Assembly: GCA_963827475.1 (NCBI GenBank)
Contig: CAWHAZ010000005.1
Span: 736,001-800,000, forward strand
DNA length: 64,000 bases
Source: an uncultured Chloroflexia bacterium
GTDB lineage: Bacteria; Chloroflexota; Limnocylindria; QHBO01
Direction of reading: 5' to 3'
Below, one piece after another: positions 41,160 through 51,376 of the stretch. The stretch's first letter is position 1; the number at the start of each line of letters is the position of its first letter. The position numbers and the translations under genes are program-made. The notes below the pieces were generated by a model. It ran no database searches. It was not told the origin of the DNA and saw nothing but the letters and a program-made list of their open reading frames with translations.

Positions 41160-43475
41160 TCAGGGCGAGGCCTGCGGGGCCTCGTACGGCCAGCGCGAGC
41201 GAAGGAAGCTCACCAGCTCCCACCGCTCGGTCTCCAACAGCGTAGAGCCAAAGGCCGGCATCTGCGTCCCGGCTACGCCCGCCCCGATGGTCCACGCCAG
41301 CTCGCCGTCGAGCCGATGGGGGACGGTGTCGGCCAGGTCCCCGGGCGGTCGAGCCAGGTCGCCGACGGCGGGACCATCGCCGGCCCCGGTGGCGCCGTGG
41401 CAGCTGGCGCAGTTGGCGCGGTACAGGTCCTCGCCCGCCGGGACGGACGCCGGATCGTCGGCCAGGGGGTTCGTGGCCGCCAACCACTCCTCGGGCGGTC
41501 GGTTGGCAACCGCGACCACGTCCCGGGCCAGGAGCGAGACGCCGACCACGACCCCGGCGCCGACGATTGCCAACCGGACGACCCGCACCGCCACTTGGCG
41601 TTCGCCGGGCGCCGTTCGCCGCCGTTCCAGGGCCAGGACCGCGGCTGCCAGCCCGAGGAGGACCACCGGGACCACCCACCCGGCAGCGCCCGGCGGCAGG
41701 CCCGCGGTGGGGGCTGCGAACGCGCCGAGCACCTGGCTGCCGGTGGTCGGCGGAGGGAGGGGCAGCGGGCGCACGACCTGGCGCACGTCGAGCGGCACCA
41801 TCATCCGGTCCTCCACCAGCGGCCCGCGGCGGACGAGGATCTCCAGCTCCCAGCTGCCCACCACTGGCGTATACGCGCCGCGGAGGGTCCAGATCCACGG
41901 CTGCCGGGTGGGCACCGCCAGCTGAGGGCTCGGCGGCAGGTCTGAGCCCGGCGGCGGGAAAAAGGTCACGGTGACCTGGCCCACGTCGCTCCGTCCGGCG
42001 CCGGTCTCCGGGTCCGCCACGGCGAACGAGTACGACTGCACGCCGGGCTCGGGCAGATCGACGATCCCGTGCACCGTGGACTCGCCGCCCTCGGCGTACA
42101 GGTGCGCGACCCCGAGGCGCGGATCCACCGTCGCCGGCGGCCGGTCGGCCGCCGGCTGGATGCTCACCATCGTCGTCCCGACCAGGACCGCCACCACAGC
42201 CAGCGCCGCCTCGCCTCCGGTCAGGACCGCAAGCCGGCGTGGGCTCGCCCCGCGGGCCAGGAAGTAGTTCGCGGCACCCAGACCCAGCGCGAGCGACACG
42301 AGCCCGGCCTTGGCCAGCAGCAGGTTCCCGTACCCGGCCGCGGCGAGCTCGCGCGGGTCGTCCACCACCAACGGTGAGTTCGCGAGCCCGGTCAGGACGA
42401 CCAGCGGCGCGGCGACGAGCGCCACCCGGGCGTGGACGGTGAACGCCGACCGCCCGTCGCCGGATCGTCGGGCGAGGAGAACCAGGGCCGGCAGCGCGCC
42501 CAACCAGGCGGCGATGGCAAAGAGGTGCAGGGCGTCGACCGCGGCCCACACCGGCCCGCCGAGGGCCGCGGCATGCCCGGTCAGGCTCAGCCCGAGGAGC
42601 ATCAGGCAGGCCGACAGACCGATCGCCGCCAGCCGCCAGCGGCCGGCCGCCCGTCCGGCGGTGACCGAGAGCACGACGGCGGCGACGGCGCCGAGGAGCG
42701 AGATCCGCAGCGCGATCGCGAAGGGTGTCCAGCCGAACGGGGCCACCGGATCGAGCGGGAGGCCGTCCACGTGCCCGCCGTGGCCGCCGGCGAAGGCCAC
42801 GGTCGCGGATCGGGCCACGTAGGCGAGGAGGCTCACCAGCGCCGCCAGCGCCAGCCCGCCGAACACCCACCTCGGGACCGGGACCCGGTCCTCGGCGCCG
42901 ATCCATCGGCGATGGAACAGCCAGACCGCTGCCGAGCCGGCGAGGAGCAGTCCGGCGAGGGTGGTGACCCAGCGCGCCGCGATGGTGGCCGGGTCCGGTG
43001 GGCTGGTCGGCTCCGTCGGCAGCGGGAGGCTCGGTGGTGGCTCGGTTCCGGTCGGATCCACGACGAACGCGAAGACCTGGTCGGCCGGGTGCCCATCGAC
43101 CGCGGAGACGAGGTGGTACTCGACGGTGTAGGTGTCCGGGTCGAGCTCGGGCAGGTCCGCGCTGACGACCTGACCGGTGGCATCCAGCCGCGGGGCCCCC
43201 ACGCCGACGACCGGGCGCCCGTCCGAATCCACGACGCGAACGTTGAAGCTCTGCGCGTCGACAGCCTCGCTGAAGAACAGGGTGAGCTGCGACGGAGAGG
43301 CGGGAATGACGCTGTTCGGCGCCGGGTTGGCGTCCACCAGCAGCGCGTGGCCAAGGGCTGGCGGGGGGAGCAGCAGGGGGCCGGCCTGGAGCCCGAGCGC
43401 GAGGCCGACGACGAGGCCCAGCTGGCGGGCCCGCCGCCATCGGTCAGTCTTCGGCAAAGAAGGGATCGTCGCCAT
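41160..43475 (-). CDS. CopC-CopD-cytochrome c fusion (copper uptake/resistance)
   Basis: 'HALLVDANP', 'S.VDGHP' (CopC); 'GHAA', 'H..A...W.G', 'YG..L..K' (CopD); C-terminal CASCH and 'GTQMPAF'. Confidence 0.85.
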   Translation of the reverse strand: MATIPSLPKTDRWRRARQLGLVVGLALGLQAGPLLLPPPALGHALLVDANPAPNSVIPASPSQLTLFFSEAVDAQSFNVRVVDSDGRPVVGVGAPRLDATGQVVSADLPELDPDTYTVEYHLVSAVDGHPADQVFAFVVDPTGTEPPPSLPLPTEPTSPPDPATIAARWVTTLAGLLLAGSAAVWLFHRRWIGAEDRVPVPRWVFGGLALAALVSLLAYVARSATVAFAGGHGGHVDGLPLDPVAPFGWTPFAIALRISLLGAVAAVVLSVTAGRAAGRWRLAAIGLSACLMLLGLSLTGHAAALGGPVWAAVDALHLFAIAAWLGALPALVLLARRSGDGRSAFTVHARVALVAAPLVVLTGLANSPLVVDDPRELAAAGYGNLLLAKAGLVSLALGLGAANYFLARGASPRRLAVLTGGEAALAVVAVLVGTTMVSIQPAADRPPATVDPRLGVAHLYAEGGESTVHGIVDLPEPGVQSYSFAVADPETGAGRSDVGQVTVTFFPPPGSDLPPSPQLAVPTRQPWIWTLRGAYTPVVGSWELEILVRRGPLVEDRMMVPLDVRQVVRPLPLPPPTTGSQVLGAFAAPTAGLPPGAAGWVVPVVLLGLAAAVLALERRRTAPGERQVAVRVVRLAIVGAGVVVGVSLLARDVVAVANRPPEEWLAATNPLADDPASVPAGEDLYRANCASCHGATGAGDGPAVGDLARPPGDLADTVPHRLDGELAWTIGAGVAGTQMPAFGSTLLETERWELVSFLRSRWPYEAPQASP

Positions 43476-43986
43476 AGACGTCCAGCCAGGAGCGGCGCAT
43501 CTGGCGGATGGTGGCGACCAGCACGGCCTCCGGCGTGCCGGCCGGCAGGAGGGACGCGACTCCGGCCCGCACGCGTTCGCTGCTTTCGGTTCCGAGCAGG
43601 CCGAGGTAGTCGGCCACCCGTTGGGCAGGCGTCCGGCCCTCGCCCCGCATGCGGACCATCACCACGGCCTCGTGGACAAGGGCGCCCTCGTAGTCGCTCT
43701 CCGGCCGCTCGAGCTCGGCCAAGAGGGCCGGCACCGCGTCGATCCTTGGATCGGAGTACGCCCAGCGCACGAAGGAGTCGAGCGACCCCGCCTCGCGTTC
43801 CGCATGCCCGTGATGGAAGCCCTGCAGGTAGCGCTCACGCTCGGCGTCGGTCCGGGTCAGGGCGATCTGCGCGATCTGCCGCATCTCCGGCGTCCAGCGC
43901 CGGAGCGACTCCACGAACTGCCGGAGCGTGAGGGACCCGGCCGGCTGGTGCCGGAAGCGGTGTTCATGGGCCTGCTCCACGGGCAC
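43444..43986 (-). CDS. Hypothetical protein
   Basis: 180-aa ORF with typical codon usage, upstream in the cop operon. Confidence 0.55.
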   Translation of the reverse strand: MPVEQAHEHRFRHQPAGSLTLRQFVESLRRWTPEMRQIAQIALTRTDAERERYLQGFHHGHAEREAGSLDSFVRWAYSDPRIDAVPALLAELERPESDYEGALVHEAVVMVRMRGEGRTPAQRVADYLGLLGTESSERVRAGVASLLPAGTPEAVLVATIRQMRRSWLDVYGDDPFFAED

Positions 43987-44055
43987 CTATACTACCGGCC
44001 GTGCGCCGCCGATCGACGACGCCGGCCTGGTCCCGGAGCCGCCCTTGACCCTGGC

Positions 44056-45615
44056 ATGCGCCGCCTGAGCGCGGCGGCCGCGCTGCTCCTGGCGGCCCTC
44101 ACCCTCATCCTCGTCACCGTTCCCGCCGTCCAGCCCGCGGCCGCCGGCGATCGTCCCCTGCGCTACCTGGCCGGTCCGGCCGGGACGCTGGACCCCGCGT
44201 TCATCTCGAGCGCCAGCGATGTGCAGCTGCTCCTCCAGCTGTACGCCGGCCTGACCAGGATCGCGGAAGACGGGTCGGTCTATGCCTCCCTGGCGGAGGA
44301 CTGGGCGGTGAGCGACGAGGGCCGGACCTACACCTTCCGCCTCCGGGACAGCCTCGCGTTCAGCGACGGCTCGCCGCTCACCGCGGAAGACGTTCGCCGC
44401 TCGTGGCTCCGCGTGCTGGATCCGGCTACCGGGGCGCTGGCCCCCGACGTCCTCACCGTCATCGAGGGCGCGGGCGCCTGGCGATCAGGAGCCGGATCGG
44501 CGGAGGACGTGGGGATCGAGGCACCGGACGAGCGGACCCTCGTCGTCCGTCTCGAGCATGCCGCCAGCCACTTCCCGGCGCTCGCCGCCACGCCCACGGC
44601 CTTCGTCGTGCCGTCGGCGGCGGACGCGTCGTCCGACTGGCAGACGGTGGACGGCTTCGTCGGCTCCGGCCCGTACGCCGTGGAGCGGCTCGACGGGCTG
44701 GACCTCGTCCTCGCGGCCAATCCGGAATACGTGGCCGGTCCGCCGCCGATCGACGAGATCGTGTGGGTGTCCGAGGTCGAAACCAGCGCCCCCGAGGCGT
44801 TCGTCGCCGAGCAGGTGGACCTCGTCAACGTCTTCTCGGGCGATGCGTCGTGGATCCGCTACGACCGCGCGCTCGGACCGTTCCTCCACGAGGCCGCATC
44901 CCTGAGCGTGCAGTACTTCGGATTCGACACGACCCGGCCGCCCTTCGACGATCCGCGGGTGCGGCGGGCGTTCGCCCTCGCCCTCGACCGACCTCGCCTG
45001 GTCGAGCTGTCATCCGGCGCGGCCGCCACCGCGGCCACCAGCCTCGTTCCGCCGGCCCTGTGGCCCGACGGGGCGCCGACCGACGAGGATGCGGATCCGG
45101 ATGCGGCCCGCGACCTGCTGGTCGAGGCCGGGTACGCCTCCGGCGCGGAGCTGGGGACGATCACGGTCAATGCCAACGGCCTGGACGTCGGGCCGGCGGC
45201 CGAGGTGTGGCGCGAGGAGCTCGGGGTCGACATCGCCATCGAGTCCATGGAGTTCGGGGACTATCTCAGCCTCCTGCCACAGCGTCCGCCACCGATCTTC
45301 ACGATCAACTGGATCACGGACTACCCGTCGCCGTACGCGCTGTACGGCCTCCTCCTGCTCCCGGACGCGGCATCGAACTACGGGCACTGGACCGATGACG
45401 AGTTCGTCGAGCTGATGGAAACGGCCGCGCGGACGACGGACCCGGCGGAGCAGCGCGAGGCGTATCTCGCGGTCGAGGACCGGGTCGACGCCGAGGCGCC
45501 GGTGATCACCTGGTCGTGGGACGCATCGCACTGGCTCGTCCGCGACGGGCTGAACGGGGTCGGCACCCTCACCGTCGGGCTGCTCGACTTCGGGAGGGTG
45601 TCGTGGGCCGACTGA
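44056..45615 (+). CDS. Peptide ABC transporter substrate-binding protein (family 5)
   Basis: Signal peptide; 'LDPA', 'LAE.W.VS..G.TYTF.LR...FSDG.PLTA.D', 'GSGPY', 'PFDD.RVRRA'. Confidence 0.9.
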   Translation: MRRLSAAAALLLAALTLILVTVPAVQPAAAGDRPLRYLAGPAGTLDPAFISSASDVQLLLQLYAGLTRIAEDGSVYASLAEDWAVSDEGRTYTFRLRDSLAFSDGSPLTAEDVRRSWLRVLDPATGALAPDVLTVIEGAGAWRSGAGSAEDVGIEAPDERTLVVRLEHAASHFPALAATPTAFVVPSAADASSDWQTVDGFVGSGPYAVERLDGLDLVLAANPEYVAGPPPIDEIVWVSEVETSAPEAFVAEQVDLVNVFSGDASWIRYDRALGPFLHEAASLSVQYFGFDTTRPPFDDPRVRRAFALALDRPRLVELSSGAAATAATSLVPPALWPDGAPTDEDADPDAARDLLVEAGYASGAELGTITVNANGLDVGPAAEVWREELGVDIAIESMEFGDYLSLLPQRPPPIFTINWITDYPSPYALYGLLLLPDAASNYGHWTDDEFVELMETAARTTDPAEQREAYLAVEDRVDAEAPVITWSWDASHWLVRDGLNGVGTLTVGLLDFGRVSWAD

Positions 45616-46938
45616 GGACGCCGTCCGCGGCCATCCTGCTGGCCGCCGCACTCGCTGGCGGCCAGCCTCGGCTCGGCTCGGCTTGGCGGGGCCGGCCCAT
45701 GCCGGAGGCGGCTTCGCCGCGCTCGAGGCGGACGCCACGTTCGGCGTCGAGATGACCTTCAGCGCGACCTGGGACGGCGGCGAACCGGACTACGTGGAGC
45801 TGCTCCTCGGTTTCGGCGGCGAGGATCGGCTGGTCGTCCCCGTCGAGCTGGACGACGGGCGGCTCGAGCACCAGCGCGACATGACCGATGACTTACGTCC
45901 CGCCGAACACCACGGTCGCGTACCGATGGCGCGCCGTGACCGGCACGCAGGTCACCCTCAGCCCGGAGCAGGAACTGCTGTACGACGATGACCGGCCGCA
46001 GTTCGACTGGGACCAGGCCCGGGTCGGGTCGGCCACCGTCCACTGGTACGCGGAGAACGAGGAGATCGCCCGCCGATTCGGGGACCTGGCCGGTGGTGCG
46101 GCCGATGCGGCGGCCGACCTGCTCGGCCGGCCCCTTGCCGACCCGATCGAGATCTTCGTCTACGAGGGCCGTGAGGACTTCCTCGGCGCGGTCGGCCCCG
46201 GCGCCCGGGAGTGGGTCGGCGCCGCGACGTACCCGAACATTCGCTCGGTCTACATGTGGCTCGAAGCGGGATCCACCGCCTTCCTCGAGACGACCATCAC
46301 CCACGAGGTCACCCACGTCGTGTTCCACGACGCCAGCGACAACCCGTTCCACGAGCCCCCGAGCTGGATGAACGAGGGCACCGCCACCTGGGCCGAGGTG
46401 GGGAACGCCGAGACGGAGGAGGACATCGTCCGCTCCGAGGCCGGCAGCGCGGACGGCCTGATGGCCTTCGAGGCACTCACCGACCAGTTCCCGATCGACA
46501 CCCGTGGCGCCACCCTGGCCTACGCCCAGGGGGCGACCATGGTCGACCACCTCCTGGCCGAGTACGGGAGCGACGCCCTGGCCGCGATCATGGACGCGTA
46601 CCGATCGGGAGCGACCGATGACGAGGCGATCGCCGCCGGCACCGGGAGCACCTTCGACCAGATCCGGGCCGACTACTTCGCCTCGTTCGGGGTCAGCGAG
46701 CCGGAGCCGGTGGAGGCGCAGCCGCTCGGCATCTCGGACGTGCCGCTCCCGCCCCAGCCGGGCGGGGTGCCGGGCGCGTCCGACGCGACCGGATCCGCAG
46801 CCCGGACCGACCGACGGTTCGCAGGACGTGGTGTGGTGGATCATCATCGGCTTCGTGGTTGTCGGGGCACTGTTCTTCGGCGTGGTGATCTGGCGTGCCC
46901 GCCGCGCGACACCGCCGGCCGGGGGTGATACGCCGTGA
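45612..46938 (+). CDS. Peptidase MA-family metallohydrolase, membrane anchored; frameshifted, start uncertain
   Basis: HEVTH + 'W.NEG.A', 'AYAQG'; C-terminal TM in another frame. Confidence 0.78.
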
Positions 46939-47696
46939 CGGCAGACCCGTCGCCCCGAGGGCGAATCCGGATCCGGTCCGGCTGGATCCTGAGCATGGCG
47001 CTCGCGCTCGGGGCGCTCGGCTTCGTGGCCGCCGCCCAGTGGAACAGCGAGGTCCAGCGGACCTCGTACACGACCAACGCGCAGCGGACCCTTGCCGAGC
47101 AGGCGATCGACCTGGAGGAGGAACAGGAGCTGCTCCAGGCCCAGCTGGCCGGGGTCGAAGCCGAGCTGGCCGACATCCTGGCCGCGAGCGAGGGGTCGCA
47201 GACGGCACTCGCCGAGGTCAACGAACAGCTGGCCGAGACCCGCCTGGCGGTGGGCCTGACCGAGGTCACCGGCCCCGGCGTGGTCATCGAGATCGCGGAC
47301 TCCCGGCGCGTGCTGCCGGTGGGGGAGAACCCCGCCAACTACATCGTCCTGGCCGACGACCTGCGCGACCTGGTCGCCGCGCTGTGGAGCGCCGGGGCGG
47401 AGGCGATCGCGATCAACGGCGAGCGCCTGGTGGCGACCACCTCGATCTACGGGGTCGGTTCGTCCGTACTGGTGAACACCGCGTTCCTCTCTCCGCCGTT
47501 CCGGCTGGAGGCGATCGGCCCCGGCGAGCTCGAGGAGCGATTCCGGGTGGAGCCCGCCTACCTGGGACGGGTCGCGCAGCGGATCGACGCCTTCGACCTG
47601 GAGTTCGCCATGGTGTCGAGCACCGAGCTCCGCCTGGCGCCGTTCATCGGTTCAACCGGCCTGCGCTGGGCGGTCCCGGTGGAGGAGGGCGGATGA
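46935..47696 (+). CDS. DUF881 domain protein
   Basis: TM + coiled coil; 'G.T.V.GPGV...I.D', 'L..AGAEAIAINGER'. Confidence 0.9.
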   Translation: MTADPSPRGRIRIRSGWILSMALALGALGFVAAAQWNSEVQRTSYTTNAQRTLAEQAIDLEEEQELLQAQLAGVEAELADILAASEGSQTALAEVNEQLAETRLAVGLTEVTGPGVVIEIADSRRVLPVGENPANYIVLADDLRDLVAALWSAGAEAIAINGERLVATTSIYGVGSSVLVNTAFLSPPFRLEAIGPGELEERFRVEPAYLGRVAQRIDAFDLEFAMVSSTELRLAPFIGSTGLRWAVPVEEGG

Positions 47697-48367
47697 TGGG
47701 CACGCCAATCGCCCGCTGGAGCCTGGCCGTGATCGCGTTCCTCATCGGGTTCGTACTGGTCGCGCAGTTCCGCTCGCAGACCCGGCCGACCGAGCTGACC
47801 AGCCTGCCGGTGGCCGAGCTGTCAACCCGGATCCAGACCCTGTCCGACGCGAACGCCCAGCTGCGGACCGCCCTGGCCGAGCAGCGCGGCCTGCTGGCGG
47901 AGTACCAGGCCGCGGGCGCCCAGGGCTCGAGCGCGCTGGACGTCAGCCGGGAGGAGCTGCGCCGCATCCGCGCCTACTCCGGGCTGGCCCCGATCGAGGG
48001 GCAGGGGATCATCGTCCGCGTCAACGGCGACCTGGACGCGATCGCCCTGAACGACCTCGTCAACGAGCTGCGCAACGCCGGCGCGGAGGCGCTGGCCGTG
48101 GACGAGACCCGGCTCACCGCCCGCTCGGTGGTGACCGAGGGATCCCGGGCGCTGGAGATCGACGGCGTGCCCATCGAGCGGACGTTCACCCTGCTCGCCG
48201 TCGGTGATCCGGACGGGCTGGTGGCCGCGCTCCAGCGGCCCGGCGGGATCGTGGCCCAGCTCGAGCAGTTCGTGAGCGCAACGGTCACCATCAGCCAGAC
48301 CGATACCCTGCGCCTGCCCGCCACGGTCATGGATCTCGCCCCACAGGCCGCCACCCCGGTGGAATGA
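47693..48367 (+). CDS. DUF881 domain protein (second)
   Basis: 'VNELRNAGAEA.AV', 'A.GDP..L..AL..PGG'. Confidence 0.88.
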   Translation: MMGTPIARWSLAVIAFLIGFVLVAQFRSQTRPTELTSLPVAELSTRIQTLSDANAQLRTALAEQRGLLAEYQAAGAQGSSALDVSREELRRIRAYSGLAPIEGQGIIVRVNGDLDAIALNDLVNELRNAGAEALAVDETRLTARSVVTEGSRALEIDGVPIERTFTLLAVGDPDGLVAALQRPGGIVAQLEQFVSATVTISQTDTLRLPATVMDLAPQAATPVE

Positions 48368-48377
48368 TCGGAGACCG

Positions 48378-49829
48378 ATGATGGATGACCTGATCGACCG
48401 CGCGATCGACACGGCCACCGGCTCGGGTGCGTCCTACGCCGATGTGCGGGTGGTGGAGCACCAGACCGAGTCGCTCACCGTGAAGAACGGCTCCCTGGCA
48501 GCGGCTTCCAGCGCGCGGTCGGCCGGCTTCGGCGTGCGCGCCCTGGTCGACGGGGCGTGGGGGTTCGCCTCGAGCCAGGACCTGGAGCTCGCGGAGGCGG
48601 AGGCGGTCGCCCGCCGGGCCGTGGCCATCGCTCGCGCCAGCCAGCTGGCCGGCGGGCCACCGGTGCAGCTCGACGACACGGCGCCGCAGACCGGGGAGTG
48701 GGCCACGCCCTTCCTCGAGGACCCGTTCACCGTCCCACTGGACGAGAAGCTCCGGATCCTGTTCGAGGCCGACGCGGCGATGGCGCGGGCGACGGGGATC
48801 TCGCTGCGCGAGACGACCATGGAAGCCGCCCGCGACCGAAAGCGCTTCGGGTCGAGCGAAGGGACGCGGGTGGACCAGGACCTCGTGTCGTGCGGAGCCG
48901 GCATGTCGGCGACGGCCGTGAACGACAACGAGAGCCAGGAGCGCAGCTATCCCAAGTCCCTCGGTGGGCAGGTCGAGGGCGCCGGCTTCGAGGCCATCCG
49001 CGCGATGGACCTCCCGAATCACGGCCAGCGGATCGCCGAGGAGGCCGTGGCCCTGCTCGACGCCCCGCAATGCCCGTCGGGGGAGATGGACGTCATCCTC
49101 GAGGCATCACAGGTCGCGATCCAGGTCCACGAGTCGTGCGGCCACCCGACCGAGCTGGACCGGGTGCTGGGCATGGAAGCCTCGTTCGCCGGCACCAGCT
49201 TCCTCACCACCGACCGCCTCGACAACTTCCGGTACGGGTCGCCGATCGTGAACATCGACGCCGATGCCACCGCTCCCGGCGGCCTGGGCACCTTCGGCTG
49301 GGACGACGAGGGGGTGCCGGCCCAGAACGTGCCGCTCGTGAGCGCCGGCCAATTCGTCGGCTACCTCACCTCGCGGGAGACGGCTCCGGTCATCGGCCGG
49401 CGCTCGATGGGCAGCAGCCGGTCGGCGAGCTGGCGCAACCTCCCGCTCATCCGGATGACGAACGTGAGCCTCCGCCCCGGGGATGCGGGCACCCTCGACG
49501 ACCTGATCGCGGACACCGATGACGGCCTCCTGCTCGGCACGAACCGCTCGTGGTCGATCGACGAGCGCCGCCTGAACTTCCAGTTCGGGACCCAGATCGG
49601 CTGGCTCATCAAGCGCGGCAAGCTGGCAGGCATGGTCCGCAACCCGACCTACACCGGCATCACGCCGCGCTTCTGGGGCTCGTGCGACGCGATCTGCGGA
49701 CCGAGCGAGTGGCAGCAGTGGGGTGAGCCGTACTGCGGCAAGGGCGAGCCGATGCAGACGGCCGCGGTCGGGCACGGCGCGGCACCCGCGCGCTTCCGCG
49801 GGGTCCAGGTCGGAGTAGGCCGATGGTAG
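48378..49829 (+). CDS. tldD: TldD family metalloprotease
   Basis: 'HESCGHPTELDR', 'WDDEG', 'RMTN', 'CGKG.P'. Confidence 0.92.
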   Translation: MMDDLIDRAIDTATGSGASYADVRVVEHQTESLTVKNGSLAAASSARSAGFGVRALVDGAWGFASSQDLELAEAEAVARRAVAIARASQLAGGPPVQLDDTAPQTGEWATPFLEDPFTVPLDEKLRILFEADAAMARATGISLRETTMEAARDRKRFGSSEGTRVDQDLVSCGAGMSATAVNDNESQERSYPKSLGGQVEGAGFEAIRAMDLPNHGQRIAEEAVALLDAPQCPSGEMDVILEASQVAIQVHESCGHPTELDRVLGMEASFAGTSFLTTDRLDNFRYGSPIVNIDADATAPGGLGTFGWDDEGVPAQNVPLVSAGQFVGYLTSRETAPVIGRRSMGSSRSASWRNLPLIRMTNVSLRPGDAGTLDDLIADTDDGLLLGTNRSWSIDERRLNFQFGTQIGWLIKRGKLAGMVRNPTYTGITPRFWGSCDAICGPSEWQQWGEPYCGKGEPMQTAAVGHGAAPARFRGVQVGVGRW

Positions 49830-51167
49830 GTCGCGAGGTGGCGGCCGCCGCCCTGGCCCGGATCGACGCGGGCATGGAGGGCGAGGCGACGGTCACCGAG
49901 CGCGACCTGGCCCTGACCCGCTTCGCGGGCTCGCGGATCCACCAGAACCTCGCCGAGCGTGACGTGACCCTGCGGGTTCGCGTCCGCCGCGACGCGCGGA
50001 CCGGCGTGGCCTCCACCAACCGCCTCGACCCGGACGGCATCGCGGAGGCCGTCTCGCGGGCGACCGCCATCGCCGCCCTCGCCGCGCCCGAGCCCGATCC
50101 GCCGCCCCTGGCCGCCGGCGCGGGCACCGACTCGGAGCTGGGGTGGGTCGAAGCCACGGCCGGCGCCGACCCGAGCGATCGGGCGGCGGCGGCCCGTGTC
50201 GTCATCGCCGCCGGCGTCGCCCGCGGACTGACCGTGAGCGGCGCCTACTCGATGGAAGCTCAGCGGCTGACGGTGGCCAACACCACCGGCCTCGCCGCAT
50301 CGCACCGGGCGACGCAGGCCAAGCTGGTGACGGTGATGCTCGCGCCCGCCGGCGAGACCGGATACGCCCAGGCGATCAGCACCGACCATCGGACTATCGA
50401 TCCAGAGGCGGTGGGGGAGGAGGCCGCCGATCGGACGGCGCGGGCCGCGTCGCCCGGCGACCTGGGCCCGGGCGAGTACCCGGTCGTGCTCGGCGAGTAC
50501 GCCGTGGCCGAGGTCCTCGAGTACCTCGCATTCATGGCCTTCTCCGGCCTGGCCATCGAGGAGGGCCGCGCCTGCGTCGAGTTGGGCAAGCAGGCATTCG
50601 GCTCCAATGTGACGATCTGGGACGACGGCGGCGATGCCACCGGCATCCCCGCGACCATCGACTTCGAGGGCGTGGCCAAGCGTCGGGTCGGCGCTGGTGG
50701 ACGACGGCGTGGCGCGCGAAACGGTCCACGACACGGGGACCGCGCACCGGGCCGGAGTGGCCCCCACCGGGCACGGGCTGCCGGCCCCGAACACCTTCGG
50801 CCCGCTGTGCTGGAACCTGTTCATGGCGCCCGGTGCCGCGGCCCGCGCCTCCCTCGTCGAGGGCATCGAGCGCGGCCTGCTCATCACCCGATTCCACTAC
50901 GTGAACATCGTCCACCCCAAGAAGGGGATCCTCACCGGCATGACGCGGGACGGGACGTTCCTCATCGAGGACGGCGTGGTCGGCCGGCCGGTCCGCAACC
51001 TCCGCTTCACGCAGTCGATTCCCGACGCCTTCTCGCGGATCTCCGCCATGGCCGACGACACGCGCCTGGTCGGGGCGGAGTACACCGGCATCGTCAGCCG
51101 CGTGCCCGCGGTGCGCATCGACGGCTGGAACTTCACCGGCGTCACCGCCAACGAGGCCACCGTCTGA
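49823..51167 (+). CDS. pmbA: TldE/PmbA family protein; frameshift near 50690
   Basis: 'TRFA...IHQN', 'DFEG', 'TGH', 'LTGMTRDG', 'NLRF'. Confidence 0.85.
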
Positions 51168-51376
51168 TGGGCGTCCCGGTGGACCTGCGCCTCGGCGACC
51201 GGATCACCCTGCGCAAGCCGCACCCGTGTGGCGGCCACGAGTGGTCGGTCGTGCGCCTCGGCGCCGACATCGGTCTGGTCTGCGCCCGCTGCGAACATCG
51301 GATCCTGCTCGACCGGCTGGAGGTCGAGCGCCGCTACACCGGTCACCTCGAGCACGGGCCGGAGTCGGCGGCATGA
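51167..51376 (+). CDS. DUF951 domain protein
   Basis: 'GD...[10 protein letters not shown]...R.GADI...C..C.H'. Confidence 0.9.
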   Translation: MGVPVDLRLGDRITLRKPHPCGGHEWSVVRLGADIGLVCARCEHRILLDRLEVERRYTGHLEHGPESAA

